From Eimeria praecox (Eukaryota), in NCBI GenBank assembly GCA_963920595.1, contig OY986950.1, positions 2,232,001 through 2,296,000 of the forward strand: DNA of 64,000 nt, written 5' to 3'. Shown here in pieces: positions 62,951 through 64,000 of this stretch (its first letter is position 1; each line of letters starts with the position of its first letter). Made by a program: the position numbers and the translations under genes. The notes under the pieces are model-generated. The model saw nothing but the letters and a program-made list of their open reading frames with translations, made no database searches and had not been told where the DNA came from.

Positions 62951-63299
62951 CTGCCCCTAGCAGCCGGGTCTGACAATCATGAACTGTTGTACAAAATAGT
63001 TGCCCCTAGTTTTGGAAGCTTTGAACAGTTCTTCCTGTCCATCTTCAGGTCCGCTTAAAGTCCAATAACGGAGTTCCTCTGGCTGATGATTTCACATTAC
63101 TATCGGGGGCAGCGCTACACAATGTGTGAGGCAATGACGAGAAGCGAGAGGCAAATACAGAGAGAAGAGTTTACCCCGCTATCCTTTTGAACTACATTAA
63201 GACTCTACATGCGCCTGACAATAAGCAAACGCTCCCTTACACCTCTAAACTAGACAGCTTTCTTGCTAGTAGTGCTCAGCAAGTGCGTGCTGGACACAC

Positions 63300-64000
63300 T
63301 TTTAGGCGCTTCGCTAGGCAGTTTCTCAAAGTGGCGAGAGATCTGTGTCCCCCGACAAAAACCCAAAAATACGATACCTGAAGACGCTTAACCCGTCCAC
63401 GACATTACGTTGTTCACGACATTTAAAATAGAAGCATTGGGGAAGAGGTTAATGGTTTCCAAAAGCCAACAAAATTCCCCTCCAGGCGCCCTGCAAACTG
63501 CAGTCCAGAAAGGGGGATTCAACATACACTTGCATCTGGGGTTCGGCTGACTTGCCGCTAGCAGTGCTGCTGGCGAACGCCAGATGGAAGTATGTTGAAT
63601 CCCTCTTTCTGGAGCAGCTGCAAGCGCCACTACTCCCTGTTATGTTCCTAGGGCATCCCCCGTTTGAAAGACGGGTGAGCACCGCACTCAGTAGTGTAGT
63701 GACTCGTTAATCCTCTAGACGCAGCCTGGAGGCAGCCTCAGCTTCAGGGGAACCGGGCCAATCCCTGCAGGACGAATGGCAGAATGAGCAACACGAACTG
63801 GAAGGACTGTAGTTTTACTGCCTGTTGTAGTAAAACTCCACTATCATGAGGAAGACTGGAATTGTTGGCGTCCTCGATTGGCCTTTCATTGCTCTCAGGG
63901 GAAGATGGTCGAGCAAGAGGGCAAGCAGCTCGTTGGTGTGGGGAGTGTCTCCTTGCACAGTAACAATGTCCAGTTGACGATCAAAAATCGTAAGATTGCC
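63300..64000 (-). pseudogene. 3' part of decayed paralogue 4, continuing beyond the window
   Basis: Copy vs intact: ILRFLIVNWTLLLCKE..CLPS vs ILQKLVSSTVFVITE..LLPS (~63995-63915); IQHTSIW vs VEVTSIW (~63590); TINLFPN vs GYNLFHD (~63445). Confidence 0.5.

Noticed and set aside
1..64000. CRISPR array, tRNA/rRNA genes, prokaryotic operons or defence systems
   Set aside because: No repeat-spacer array or recognisable structural RNA seen; the DNA is eukaryotic with spliceosomal introns.

Overview
Eukaryotic, intron-containing DNA with the hallmarks of a coccidian apicomplexan, most likely Eimeria: CAG/CTG tracts in coding DNA, TGCATGCA octamers, degenerate telomere-like heptamers and decayed Ty3/Gypsy elements. 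All homology calls are by-eye motif recognition; no searches were run. (1) 1-16 kb is repeat-poor. It holds three badly decayed Gypsy/chromovirus-like pol remnants, several short fold-back inverted repeats, and one intact intronless 654-aa signal-peptide/TM/coiled-coil ORF. (2) 16.6-36.6 kb is CAG-rich. It holds a 7-exon GST-fold protein with polyQ arms, a KHDC4/RIK-like KH protein, an ApiAP2 factor whose AP2 domain is split by an intron, and a 1754-codon low-complexity ORF. (3) 37-64 kb is repeat-poor. It holds an OFCC1/ojoplano-like membrane protein gene, the flagellar N-DRC subunit DRC10/IQCD and a Cys/Lys-rich basic protein. The most unexpected observation is a same-strand array of an uncharacterised polytopic membrane-protein family: one intact gene (45262-48826) and about four deeply decayed paralogues in apparently non-coding DNA. 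One of these seems to be overprinted on the opposite strand by the start of the Cys/Lys-rich gene.
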